DNA of 64,000 bases from Corallochytrium limacisporum Hawaii (Eukaryota; Protista; Pluriformea). A program made the position numbers and the translations under genes. Positions 11,594 to 24,744 of the stretch are shown here, piece after piece. The DNA lies in the NCBI GenBank assembly GCA_002811645.1, contig PDIP01000032.1, positions 339,213-403,212 on the forward strand, written 5' to 3'. Numbering within the stretch: the first letter of the stretch is position 1; each line of letters opens with the position of its first letter. The notes beneath the pieces are model-generated. The model saw nothing but the letters and a program-made list of their open reading frames with translations. It was not told where the DNA came from and did no database searches.

Positions 11594-12622
11594 TCAACCA
11601 GCATGATAATAAGGGGGGTACTGAGGAGGTGCCAGCTGGCCAGTGGGACCATACGCAGTCTGGGTCGCAGGAGTGTAGCCACAGTGTTGCTGAGTATGCG
11701 TAGCGGCCGCAGGAGAGTTGGCGTAGCGACGCGGAGAATGGTCGGGTGACGGAACCGGTCCAGTCACGGCCGGGCTGGAGGCACGAGAAGTCTCAGTGGC
11801 TTCAGTCGTCTTGATGTTGCCGAGAATCTGAGTTGCGGTGTGGGCAAGGTAGTCGAGCATGCCACCTTCACTTCCAGAGTTGTTGTGTTGCTCGTTCTTG
11901 ACCTCACCAGGGTGACTCAGGTGGCTGGGACGCTGCTGAGAAGGGCCGGCGGTACGGACAGGGGTACCCTGGTTGCTGTCCATTGGACGAGGGCTGTAAG
12001 GATACGGACTGTTCTGGCCACTGTGGGTTTGCTGACCATAAAATTCATCATGGCTACCGGGGGTAGCAGCGGTGCCGTAGACACCATACTGGTTGGTGTA
12101 ACCGTTGTAACCCATGCGGGGGCTATCCAGATAGCTGCTCCGGGGGGTGTACACAGTATTCATGTTGGCCGCCTGGGCCATACCATATCCAGTGTCGTAG
12201 CTGTCGCTCTCAGAGCGGCTGTTGGAATCACTCTTGTTCTTGCGGTTGCGGCGGGAGCGCATGATCTGCTTCTCCTGGTGGCGGTAGTAGCTGCGGCGGT
12301 TCTTTTCACGCTCCGCAGTCACTTTGCAGGTATCGCAATATTGAGCCTGGGGGCTGCGCTTGACCAGGTTATGGCACCCGTCGTATTTGCAAATGCGAGG
12401 AGGATCCTTTGCCTTCTTGCTCTGGCCAGCCGCCTTACGCTTACGCTTCTCGCGGGCACGCTCAATCTCCTGGTCTTGGTGGCGATAGTAGTGGCGCCTC
12501 TGGCGCTCACGACGAGCCTCTTCCTGGTGGAGATCACAGTACCAAGCCCGAGTGGAGCGCGGCATTTCGTTGCAGCCGGCATATCGGCACTTGTTTGGAA
12601 TGTCTTGCAATGTACCCGCCAT
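11594..12622 (-). CDS. Putative transcription factor: two tandem C-x4-C..C-x2-[H/C] zinc fingers, each followed by a basic helix, plus a low-complexity C-terminal region
   Basis: 342 aa ORF with an internal repeat: CRYAGC..WYCDLH..RERQRRHYYRHQDQEIERAREKRK versus CKYDGC..QYCDTC..REKNRRSYYRHQEKQIMRSRRNRK. The tail is S/P/Q/Y-rich and contains an LDYLA helix. Confidence 0.75.
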   Translation of the reverse strand: MAGTLQDIPNKCRYAGCNEMPRSTRAWYCDLHQEEARRERQRRHYYRHQDQEIERAREKRKRKAAGQSKKAKDPPRICKYDGCHNLVKRSPQAQYCDTCKVTAEREKNRRSYYRHQEKQIMRSRRNRKNKSDSNSRSESDSYDTGYGMAQAANMNTVYTPRSSYLDSPRMGYNGYTNQYGVYGTAATPGSHDEFYGQQTHSGQNSPYPYSPRPMDSNQGTPVRTAGPSQQRPSHLSHPGEVKNEQHNNSGSEGGMLDYLAHTATQILGNIKTTEATETSRASSPAVTGPVPSPDHSPRRYANSPAAATHTQQHCGYTPATQTAYGPTGQLAPPQYPPYYHAG

Positions 12623-15600
12623 TGTCTTTATTCTTTAACAGGTTGTGAACCCTTTTGATATGTACAATAGTTTTACCAATGAAAGACTTCCGATTCAATA
12701 TAGGTTCTTGATCCTTTATAGCATAGCACTATGTTCTTAGTGAAGTATTTTATTGACAATAACTCGTCCGTGTGCGTGTACACCGGCAAGTCAAAAGGAA
12801 AATAACAAAATACTCTGTTCCGAACGGCCAATGAATTGGTTTGTGTGTGTGTGTGTGTGACTGTGTGTGTGTGGGTGCACCAGTGCTCCAGACGCAGTCG
12901 GCTCTAGCCGCCCGGCCTATCAATATAATAGAGAGGCTGAATAAAAAAATAGAACTCGCTTACCGTCCACACGCATTGGGAATTTTTTTTCTGAGACTTG
13001 CCGTCCATAGCCCCCCTTTCCCCCCCCTCTCTCCGTGTGTGGCTGTACCGGCGTGTCTTCGGCTGTTGTGTGTATAGTAGAGAGAGTGCAAACGGGAAGG
13101 GGGGAGACAGAGTGTGAGAAGACGGTTGACCGTCTGTAGCTGGCTCCCATCAGATCGCCCCAAGGAATAGTGGGGAGAGGAGCGAGTGGGCCGAGGGGGA
13201 GAGAGAGACGGTGGGGGAACTCCTTGCAGTGCCCTCACTCTGTCTCCGGACATTCGGACTCCTCGCCTCTCCTTTGCCCCTTCTCCTATTATTTCTCCAT
13301 ACTTTGACAACGACCCTACGGGATAAGGTTTTGCTGGAATCGATGAAAACCTGTGAGCAAAAAAAAAAAGAAGTGAAAGGGGGGAAGGGGTAAGGGTGGG
13401 TGGTGAAGCGTGCAGTGGGGGAATGAAAAAGTTGGAATTTCTTCCGCCGCGGAAGTTTTTCAGTTTAACTTTTTCGATGGCCATTTCCCCCCTCCCCTTT
13501 CCCCCCTCTTTCCCTCTCACGCCGCCGGAAGCTCAGGGCCCGGCTCCAAAACTCAGACATTCGAAAAAGTTGAGTCTATGCATTATATATAACCTACTGC
13601 AAAACCAACTAAAGTGGAAAACAGACCTATGTGAACCCGTACCCTCACCTGCACAGTCTGCTTGAATCTGGTCTTCCCTGCGTGGCTCTCACTCTTCCTC
13701 TCTCCCCCGCTCTCCCTCAATCTCTCCACCACCCGGTTGTTCCGCAGTTCTTCGGACCTGTCCCTACTTTCACTATGCATCGTTCATTTTCCCCTCCCCC
13801 ATTCCCCCGCTCTCACTGCTTTGAGATTCGCACTCTCCCACACACACGCGGCCATCCGCAGAAAGGTAAGGGAGAATAGGGGGATAAAAATGTGAAGAAA
13901 AAAGTTATTGTAAACTCTTGGCTTTGGAAATGCCTTGGTTGAGTACTCTGAGAAAAGAATATTCAGGGAGGATCAGGTGTCCATCGGGGACACAATGGGG
14001 CCACCAGATGTGCACGGGAATGTAGGAGCAGCAACTGGAGCATGTCTGATATCTGTTCCAATACTAAATGTATTGCCTAGGTGGGGACCCTTCCTGAAAA
14101 CACCGGGCCCACAGGGGAAGGGGGGACTAACAAAACCGCAGTGGCCTCACACTATCTCCTGGCCCTTATACATGTCTTGTAAGCTTGGTACTCCCGAATC
14201 CGATATTAAGTGTTTTGTGATCCGGCAGTATCAATAGGATGGACACTGGATCCATCGTCCCATTTTCATAGGCGCAACGGCTATTCATCCCAAGTTCATT
14301 AACCCCGGTGCTGGCTCGATGGATGCTTCGGTGACGAGACAGTGCGGCAGTGTGGCAGCGGGCGTGATCTCCGAAAGTACAGAGAAGTGTGACAGAAACA
14401 CTGGCTTGACGAGGCCAAGGACTACCAAAGCTTGATGTGCCCTCTCTTGTATAGTAGACCAGTAGCAGTCAGTGCTTGTCAAAAAGTCCAGCCGGGGAAG
14501 AGTTGCTGTGCAATAGTTCTTCGTTCCTCTCCCTTTCTTCGACACTCCCTGTTCGCTGAGTTTCAGTCCTCGACCCGCGGCAGGGCTGCTTCCCGAAACA
14601 TCACGACGTCCGTGCGTGTTTTGTTCCGGTACAGGCTCCGTTAGTAGAAGTCGTGCTTGTCCATTCTATTGGCACACCACTGGCTGGGCACTGGTAAACA
14701 ATTCAATTTTTGCAAGCAGGGCAAGAATTCACGCGTTTGCTAATTTAGCTGTCATCGCCCTGTACGGAAGGAAAGGGTTGTACACCTTTGTGCAGGAGCG
14801 AGGGAGAGCCCGTAGAAGGGGAAATACTAAGTGGGAAAAACAAGGGGAACAGATTGGGGAAAAGGGGGCGGGGAGGAGAGCGAGAGAGTGAGTGAGAGAG
14901 AAAACCTCGTGTTTTTTAGTGGGTTTAGGACAAATCACATTGTTTCGAGTGTCGGTTTGGCCAAGGTCTAATTTTGGTCATGGCCAGTACACCCTACGTC
15001 CCCTGGCAGGTAGAGAAGTTAGCCACAGAGGCGTTCCCTCCCCCTTTTGCACAGACACGGCAATTTGAGAGAAAAGGCTCAGCAAAAAAACTCTTGGTGT
15101 ATCGAGAGAATTATCAAACAATCCTCCTTACGTTCACTATTCGGCTACCATCGCAATCCGTTCAACTGGCCCGACTCTGCCCAGTGAGTGTCCGGCTTTC
15201 ACCGGCACCCTCTGCTCGCGAGGTTTCTACCTGTCCTCAGCATCGGAGCACAACAGGCCTTGGTGTGCTCGGATGCGACAAAGGCGATATAGAAATTGTA
15301 CGCCCCCTTCTCTCTGCCTGCGTAAACAAAATGGCTTGATCCGTCATCGTTGAGCTATGCAATCATCGCTGCACAGGCAGGAGTGCGCAGGATAGTGAAC
15401 GAAGCCATCAGTTCGCATCTCCATCCGTACTCGCTCCGGTGTTTATGCGTGCAAGTTTGTTGTGTCGGTGTCCGTCTGTCACACTTTCGGAATCATCACG
15501 GCAACCATTGATCACCCTTAATTGGGACCATCTGTTGACTGAAATGGGTGTTGGAGGACCTTTGCGAGTCTGCGTATGGTTAGAGACTGCTGATTTTGAT

Positions 15601-15957
15601 CCGGTCGTACGAGTCCTTTTTTTTTTGCATGTGATCCAACATCTCTCACACACTTGGGGTCTCGAACGCCATATTCATCCTGCACCACTTGTCCTTTTGT
15701 TCATTCTACTCGTCTCCCCCTGCATCTGACCGTCTCGTGATGGAGCGCGTTCTGAACGGGAGGAACGAAATAAGAGAAAGTTTCCTAGCATGCCAGGGCA
15801 TGCCTTGCACCTACAATCGTCGGTGGCTTAACCATTCTGCTTATGCACGGACAGCAAAGTGGTCACGCGTGAAGATTGACAACCACACACGAAGAAATCG
15901 ATCGACGTAAGTTTTTGGAGCTTAGCAGTCTTCCCTCCGCAGTCCCGGAAGGGGTGG

Positions 15958-16290
15958 GTGGTTGGGTGGTTTCATGTTGAATCTACCGGTTTAAGTTTTT
16001 CGAACTTTGGTCGGGGTCCATTTGATACTTTTCCCGTCGACGTCCGCTACCGGTGGAACAAATTTGGCGAGTTCACAGTCTCGCGACGTTGCCGAGACTT
16101 CTGCGCGCTCCACAAAGCTCTTGGCTGTACAGTTGGCTGCGGTGATACTGCGGAAAACATCTGGCGCCCCCAACCGAAAGCAAGCTTACATCTGCCTTAT
16201 ATGCCGAATCTTCGGCCTGCTGTTCATCTACATCGAGATATCGCGCCAGGAGTTTTTGTGCTCGCGCTATGTCCCAGATGCCACATTTAA
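15958..16290 (+). pseudogene. Possible PX-domain remnant
   Basis: FTVSRRCRDFCALHKAL resembles the PX signature V-x-RRYSDF-xx-LH-xx-L. No good ATG start, and the downstream similarity seems to change frame. Confidence 0.3.
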
Positions 16291-19200
16291 AATTAGTCCT
16301 CCACTGCGGTAACAGTAGCGCCGGCCCAGCTTATTTTGTTCGTTTCTGTGTTGGGACGCATAGCTGTGGATGGATGAAAAGGATTGATAGCAGAAGTATT
16401 TGGGATCAAAGCACATGTCTACTTGCACGTATCACCGTCACGAAAAGCCAACGCATGATGATGAAAATTGACTTCGGGGCTTGTTGTATGTTCTCTACGG
16501 GGTATGGACGAGACTGTTTTCCTTGACAGTGAAGGTCTTCGTCCTTCGATTCGTCTTCGTCTTCTTTTGCTCTGTTTATATTTAAGTACGTACTTACTGT
16601 GACGTGCGCGACCGTACGCGGCGTCGTGACTGAATGTGTGTGTTTTCTTTCCCTTTGTGTCCTAGTCCCGGTGTCGGTCACAAAAAGTGTGAATCTTCGG
16701 TTTTCCTGAGTTCAGCAAAACAACCGGTTCCCGATTAAAGAAAAGTTGCGATGGGGGATGGGTGTACACGCTATAGTATGTCAACGTCAGTTCGACACAC
16801 AGTAGACAGGGACGACGCGCAAACGATCGGGAGTCCAAATTATGAAATGGCCACTTAGTCATGTATCGTTCCAATTTACGACGGAGAACCCGCCCCATTG
16901 ATCTACTGGTAGTGTGTCTCAGTGTCACTTAAGGATGGTGGACCTTGTTAATGCTCTACGGGAAGGGGGGGGGTGTCGGTTAGATTTGTTAGCATGTCCC
17001 AAAACGTGTGATGATGATTGCAATGACACCGTACAGGATGAATGATAAATGGCAGTGGTGATGTTGGTATTGATTTGTTGAATTGCTTCGAGGTCGCAGT
17101 CCATCCTTCACGGTGATCTGACACACCCGTCCGCGCAGTGATCCATCGCTCCGGCGACCACGTCCTAACGTTCACTATGGAATTCTGACGGAGAAGAAAA
17201 TGAAAGCCAAAAAATGAAATCTTTTGTTCCAGGCGAGAGCAGGTGAAGCAAGATCGAAGGTATTAACAGTGAAACAGGCTTAAAGCCCAGAGGTGTGGCA
17301 GTTACAGAGGTACCAAGCATTAGTAGAACGACAATCTCATGGTACCCTCTCATCTTTTTCATTTGCATACGAACTATATAGACTTTTTAGCACACCGGGA
17401 TCATGAATGACATCATTTATAGAAACAACTACACGTTTCCGCCGGTGTGATCGACAAATCAATGAATGCGATGAGATGAACAGGAACCAATGATGTGAAA
17501 ATATTGTGACCCTTTTGTACCAAATATGAATACGAAAAAGTATCAGACCTCTAAACCACACTGAGAAAAAAGGTGGGAATGTGGCTACTGAAAACTCGGT
17601 CTTGTGTAGGGCACTTGTGGAAACTGTTTGGACTCTCGGTGGTTTCGTCCTGGTCGGGGTTGCAGTGAAGGCAACCATTGATTCGATACTAAGACTTCGA
17701 CTAAAACTTTTCTAAAGTTGATCCAGCAATGAGCACCTATCCAAAGACGATGGTTAGAACGACTTTGGACAAGGCATTTTTGCAAAATACAATTGTGGCC
17801 GAAGAAAAGCGAGAATACAACAAATGGCAGTGCGTGCGTGAGCAAAGTTTTCGTCCACACCCATCTCACACACACACACACTGCCACCATGTTTTTTATT
17901 CTAATGGTTGTGGTGTCTTTGGTTCTTCTCTCTCCGATAGTTAATACGTCACGCAGCCAATGAGGTGGCTGAGAACGGCAAGAGCCAGCGCAAATGTGGT
18001 GTGTTCTTATGGTGAAAAGCACCACAACACTCTCACACACAAACACATGTAGAACTTGCCATGAGGGCGCGGGACACAGTTACAGTAAGACGGTCTGCTC
18101 ACTGCCATCCAATTGGCGGACTGTTAGCATGGCAAAGAGCTGCCCACAAACAAACAGATGATAGTATACATTGTCGATAAGTTGGTATGGTGGTTTATAG
18201 TGGGTGGATATTCATGTTCCAAAGTTCCAAAGCATTGAACGAGGACGTCATCGGAGTCAACAAACAATGCACAATCTCCTCTCCTCCAGACATTCCTCTT
18301 GTGTGTATGGAAAACCGTTCGTTCCGTGGTGATGTCCCTACGGGTGAGAGTTCGCTGGAATGCCCAATATCCACGGCCAGTGTACTGCAGATATGTTGTA
18401 GGTCGCTCTGGTGTGGCCGCCCTCATTGTGGAGATCCTGTACGGGATTTTGCGTTTTGAGACAATGGCTGCTTACAACGACTCCTGGTTCTCCTGTCTAC
18501 CACCCCCACAGAAATTGGAACGGGATCGGCTGTCAAAGAGAATTTAGAGTCTCGTATGCGGGTCCGGCATATGAATAACACGTTCGATGTGTGCTTCCAA
18601 GACGAGCAACGGAACGAAGGGAGTTGGGTTCTCCCGGGATTGTACGCCCCGGGTCTCCCGCAGCAGTTCGCTTATCGAGCTAATTCTTTGACACGAACCC
18701 CATCCACCTACTCTGTACTCCGACGATAACACACGCACGGTGGGACAATAGCGCAGTCATTTGCTGCGAATCGCAACGTATGCAACGCATAACCGTTGAA
18801 CCGCAACGAGAACGAGCGAAGAAGATTCCTTGGTTCGGTGAAGATCTGTCCGAATTCTGGCTACACTGGTCTTGGCGATAACTTCCTGATCCGAGAAATG
18901 CTAAACAAGCACATGGCCTAAAATGTCGAGAGGGGGTGTGGATGCCCACTTACATTGGCTTTTTGGGTTAAAAGGGAGGGTATCGGGTAAACAAAAAAAA
19001 ATCATCCCAGCATCCTTTTTGTGCAAAATGTGCCGCAAGAATTCGAAGCCGAGAAAAGCAAGGAACACCCTCAACCCAAACTCTTCTTCCTCTTTGACGT
19101 AGAACCCGCCGAAAGGTCCTCGAAACGACGAACCAGACACACTCCCGTTCCATTTTGTCCCGTGATGTCCAACTGAAGCGCTTTAAATTTGACAGCCCAG

Positions 19201-22200
19201 CCACAACGCAAGGAATACCTAGGTGCATTTAAGCATTGCAGCCCTTCGTATCAAAGTACACAATTGGCCGCGATCTCTGGCTGGGAATAGCCAGGAGCAG
19301 GGAGAAAGCTTCAAACCAGAGCACTTCTGCGTGGGAATGGCACCAGTGATTGTATTGAGCAGAATTTTGTTAGCCAACAAAGTGTTTGCACACCACCACC
19401 AACCGCACAGTTCACCTCTGTGGCTACATTAGTACTCTGGCTTCTGAATTTCCTTACACCGGAACCATAGCCTCGCGTAAATATTGTACAGGAAAACTGA
19501 ACAAGATCGAAAATTCTTTTGTTGGAGATGCCGGGATACTGCGAGCGGAAAGGCAAGCATTCTGTGATCACAACAGAGCACCGTAGAGTACTAGGTGCTT
19601 GTACAAACCTTGCGTAATGTTTTCTGGAGATTCCGGGCTGCCTGACAGCGGGGGACGGAGAGTGTGGCGAGGTAGGCGAATTGAGCAAGCTCAGGGACTC
19701 CTACTCACCTAGGAAGCGATTGCTATCCAAGCAAAGTGCAATAATCACAGATAAGCTACTCTTAGTTTCTATCTTCTTCCGGGTTCCTTGAGCGCCCAGT
19801 TGGAACACCAAAATTCGTTGTATCCCTCCGGTTTGGATGGCAGCAGTGGTGCATTGGGCTGGTGCCGGGGAGTATGGGGACGGATTGACCGAACGTTGGG
19901 GATTGGGTCGTAAGCACGCGATACGGTTGTATCTTTTTGGGCCAAGGAATTATGCTGTGTCGTTTATTTAATACTCAACATATGGGAAAATGTATGGATA
20001 AACCTGATGACTAGACTCATTCTTTGGGGCACCGGAAATTCAAGCAGCGGGCCGCCCTTCTGCGGGTCGGAAGCGAGCAAGCGAAATATCTCTTCGGTCT
20101 TACCGCTTTCTTCAATCTATGCCTCAGTATGGAAAGGTGTGATAGTGTCACACCAGATACAGATTGCATCAGATAATTTGGAGAAGTCATCAATAAAAAA
20201 TCTTTCGAAAACACCACTTCTTCCTTTCCATTGACTTTGTACTCGACGCAGTGATTCCGGAGGCACCCAATTGCTCCGCAGGAGTGATGCTCCCGCGGGA
20301 AGTGACACAAACTAAGGCAGTTCGTTTCTTTGAAACCCCGTGCCAATAGCCAAAGTACCGTTGAATTGTTTCATGGCCGAGCAACACAACTTAGGGTTTT
20401 TGTGGAAGTCCAGCACCAGAACCAAATAAAGACTACTCCTTAGCATTGTTCGGAAACATGTGATATCGCTCTACCGTTATACATTTCACACATCAATCCA
20501 GTGACCTGTGCATGTTCTTCCATGTATGCGCTCTCTCACTTAACATGCTCAAACCTGTTTAAATCCATCAGTGGTCCACTTCAAGGTATCAGTATCGTTG
20601 CTCATGTTCCTTGTGCGTTGTCATTCGGTGGCACAATCTGCCATCACATCACCATCTACTTGTATCTCTTTCTCTGTAGAACTTAGAGGAAAGGCGAAAT
20701 GAGTTCCTCTACTGGTACCATTATTCCACCATGAACAAGAAAGTCCATAGAACAGAACCCAGGGAGAGGGTGTCTTCGGTATTCGATTTTCAAAACAAAA
20801 GTGGCATTGTGTTTCCTGCATTAGGCGTGATCCTGATGAAGATGACGATGATCAACAGGAGCAAGCACGACTGCACTTTGTGACCTATATGTGTGCGGCT
20901 GAGGATAAACACTGTTTTCAAATCCGGACTTGGACTTGGTCGGGCACCGCCATTTTTTTCTAACAAGCGCATTTGAGCAGTCCACACGGTTATTCTAAGT
21001 CCTAACGTGCACCATGTGGAGATTCTCTCCCTCTCTCTTGTAAGAAAGAATTGGTAGCAGAACCGGTTTTTACCCGGTGGATTCTCACATGCAATTTAAT
21101 TCGCAGGGGGTTGTACATGTACCCTCATATCAATTCGACCTGCTATGCAGTACAGTTTCCGAATACTCCGGATCGTGTTGTATTGATCAGTAGGTCATGC
21201 ACTACTCCGCACCAAGCATGCTCGATCCGTCAACACGGGATTGATCGATACTGAAATAAACCGTCGGGAAAGTGTGCGTGTGCGATGTGTCGAGTTGACT
21301 GGGTCTCCGCCCTGGCGGGTAACCAGTTCGGACTCTGATCCCTCGACAGCTGCGAGCCCCGCCTAAACACAGAGAGTTTTTGTTTGCCATTATGTCCATT
21401 GGCGGATCGGGGATGGATGATATCCTTTCATTCCATGACTACAAACGACCCACTCATTTGGCATGCCGCAACTGTGCCATAATTACTCCCTGTTCGCCGT
21501 TTCCTATACTTACACTACCGGTAGAGCGTGTGCAGTGAGGTCGCTTTATGTGAGAACTATGCACAGGAATCCTATTGTACCATATCCTCCATACGCTATA
21601 TCGCACAACAATGATCGGGTCTAAGACCTATTGACAGACCAACTGCGGTATATTGTCAATGGAAAAAATCTTTTTCAGTTGTTGTCCTGGCAAAATGAAA
21701 GGAGAGCCACTTGGAGACAGCGGGTCGAGTTCGGACTATTACGAACGGCAACAGTACCCGCGTTTCTCGCTTAGTGCATTAACGACCCGGTAACTTCTCT
21801 CTGCGCAGTACCCTGGCTATATACGTACCCCTTCTCTCTTGCGCGACACTGGTCCGTCAAGAACACCACCCAGCCTAGTCCAAACCCGGTCATTTCAGCA
21901 CCGAGCAAATTACAAAACGCCATGAAAAAAACACCATGACAAACCCAGAGAATCCATGGGCCAAGTCGTCAAACTGTGCTCCACGGGCAATGTTTGGTGT
22001 CAAAGTACAAGGAAAGCGATCGGAGCCCTCCCCAATGATTGGTTCGTTCAGTATGGAATGCATCCACATACGTCGTTTCGGCGCAATTGGTACGTCACTG
22101 GACCAGTGAAGGTGAGATGCAGAGAGGGAAAAAAAAAAGAACGGAAGGAAATGCATAGAAAAACAATCGACTGAGAATTCGGATATGAGACGGTCCGAGT

Positions 22201-24004
22201 TTTCCTGCTCTGGGCCTCGTTGAGAGGATGGATCCTGAGATGAAGTTTTCTATAATGAATGAATTGCATTCCCACAGCACTCCCGACCTCGTCCGACTGC
22301 TCATCATCCCATTCGCGTTCACAGGCCATGCTCCTCCTCAAACAGGCTTCCATGATATCTTTTTGCAGCCCCCCAGCCGGCCCGCTCCGAGGTGCAGTAC
22401 ATTCACTACTGGGGCCGGGGTCCAATTGATTGACGGAGAAGACTGGGGGGTTGGGGGATTGGGATGGGGCTGGGGGAAGGCGGCGGCTTACAGTCCGTCG
22501 CTTCGATTCCGGCCCCGACAGACTCGCAAAATTTAAAATGTCTTCCTCGGTCTAAAAATAACCCCGAAAGCAGTACTACATTACTACTGCAGGTGATTTT
22601 GCAAAACGAGGCAGGGTACATGCCTGGGGCAGCACAAGCGTCGAGGTTTCTCCCCAACCTTTTTCATCGTTCCCCCCCCCCTTCTTGGGGAGCAACAGGG
22701 AAAGGAGACTACCATTCCATCAAAAACACCGATGGTTTGCCGTTGCACCTGCTAATAGTTCCACTACTATGCAACCGCCGGCTCAAGAAGACATCCCCCT
22801 GCCCCCNNNNNNNNNNNNNNNNNNNNNNNNNNNNNNNNNNNNNNNNNNNNNNNNNNNNNNNNNNNNNNNNNNNNNNNNNNNNNNNNNNNNNNNNNNNNNN
22901 NNNNNNNNNNNNNNNNNNNNNNNNNNNNNNNNNNNNNNNNNNNNNNNNNNNNNNNNNNNNNNNNNNNNNNNNNNNNNNNNNNNNNNNNNNNNNNNNNNNN
23001 NNNNNNNNNNNNNNNNNNNNNNNNNNNNNNNNNNNNNNNNNNNNNNNNNNNNNNNNNNNNNNNNNNNNNNNNNNNNNNNNNNNNNNNNNNNNNNNNNNNN
23101 NNNNNNNNNNNNNNNNNNNNNNNNNNNNNNNNNNNNNNNNNNNNCCCTCCCCCCCGGGGGGGGACGGCAGCACGTCCAGGGAACAACCGGGATCTTTTGC
23201 CAAGCGCCCTTGGGTGTGTTCCAGTAGGTTGCAACTGAGCAACTGAAGCGCGGATGATGAAGGAATGCAGGTTGGTGCTTACCGATTGCCGCCCAACGTG
23301 AAATGGGGAAGAAACACAAACGTAAACACCGGCAAACTGAAGCGGCCAGAGACGCGAGAAGGAAGTGCCATGGAATGTTACAACGTAGTAAACTAACGTA
23401 GTTGTGAAAGGGCGGCGGTGGTGATAAGCTGAGATCCACGAATGTTCCGAACGGTCTGAACACTCGAGATTCATTATTGACCAAGTACGGTTTGCATAAA
23501 CGCAATGATGGGGTGAGTACGGTCGGGATCAATGCCTACAAAACCCACGGCAAGGCGGTCAACAAGAAAAGTAAAACAGGTTTGGGGGATTTGGGGGAAG
23601 GGGCGGGAGGGGCGGGGCGCGACTCCGTTCTACGCCCACATGGACCTAGCGCACCGACCGCCGACTCGCTGGTGTGGTGGTGCACAATGGCCAGTGCGCG
23701 AATGACCATTAAAGCCGGTTGTCGCAGAGCGTGTATAGGGGAATTGGAGGAAAACGGGAAGGTGGGGGGGTAGTGGTGAAGCCGACAGAGAGAAACGAAA
23801 ATTTCTTCATTGTGCGTGTGGTTGTTTGACTACTGAAATGTGTGAGAGTCAGACGTAATGTAGATTAGCCATTGTGCAACAAAACATTCGAAGTGTGTGG
23901 TGCTGGTCCTGTTCATACATTTATTATGGGAATGACGGTGTCACGCTATTGCAGACGAGCTAAAAAATCTTTTCTTCTCGTGCTGGATTCGTCCCTCACC
24001 GTGG

Positions 24005-24590
24005 TGTTTGCGCTGGATACATCATTCTGAGGCTGCGTCACCAAAGCTGATCACTCAGCTCCGGGCTGCCTGGGTCTGCACAATGATTTCCGATGGGCAC
24101 TGGCATGTCGTGGATGTTGCATAGTACTAGGCTATACCATGTTGATGAGCAAGGCTTTGGCGATGCAGGATGTATCATTCCCATACTGAGTCAGCCCAGC
24201 TGATTCACCTGCTGCGGTCTGCTTGGGGCAACACAATGATTTCCGGTCGGCACCGGGATATCGCTGATGATGCATGTTACCAGGATATGGCATGTTTGAT
24301 GAACGTACCTCTTGGAATGCAGGATGCCGGACACACAAATACGGTCAAATGTTGATGAACATGGCTTTTGCGGTACAGGCTGCATCATTCACACATTAGA
24401 GTCAGACAAGCTGATGGACTGCTCTGGTCTGATATGGGCATCATAATAACCTCCTGGAGAGCACGGGCTATCATAGATGGTACATGGTACTAGGCCGTAT
24501 CATGGTGATGAACATGGTTCTAGTGATACCGCATGTACCATTCATTTATTGAGTCAGACAAGCTGATTACCAGTTGTGGTCTGATGCGAC
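24005..24590. repeat. Degenerate tandem repeat, about 4 units with a 153-bp base period
   Basis: The anchor A[T/C]CATTC occurs at 24021, 24174, 24384 and 24537 (spacing 153, 210, 153). Shared blocks include TGATGA[A/G]CA, GAGTCAG, AGCTGAT, CACAATGATTTCCG and GTACTAGGC. Confidence 0.85.
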
Positions 24591-24744
24591 CTCAAATCCG
24601 TTTTCAGATGTACGAATGCCTCAGATGACGCCTAGAAATGCCGACAGGCTCTTGACACGCAATGTCTTAGTTGATCTTGGTGATGATTGCAATTTGTAGC
24701 TTTGGTGATCACGGCAGCTCAAGTCAAGTTCTTTGCCGCAATCG

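Noticed and set aside
15907-15928. GTAAGT..CAG micro-intron candidates (also 58597-58621 before RAD6)
   Set aside because: Only 22-25 nt long, with no branch-site consensus and no evident ORF repair.
24005-24590. Tandem array read as CRISPR or as a TGA-recoded (selenoprotein) repeat gene
   Set aside because: Units are diverged along their whole length with no repeat-spacer structure or cas genes. Frameshifts and TAA/TAG stops also interrupt the frames.
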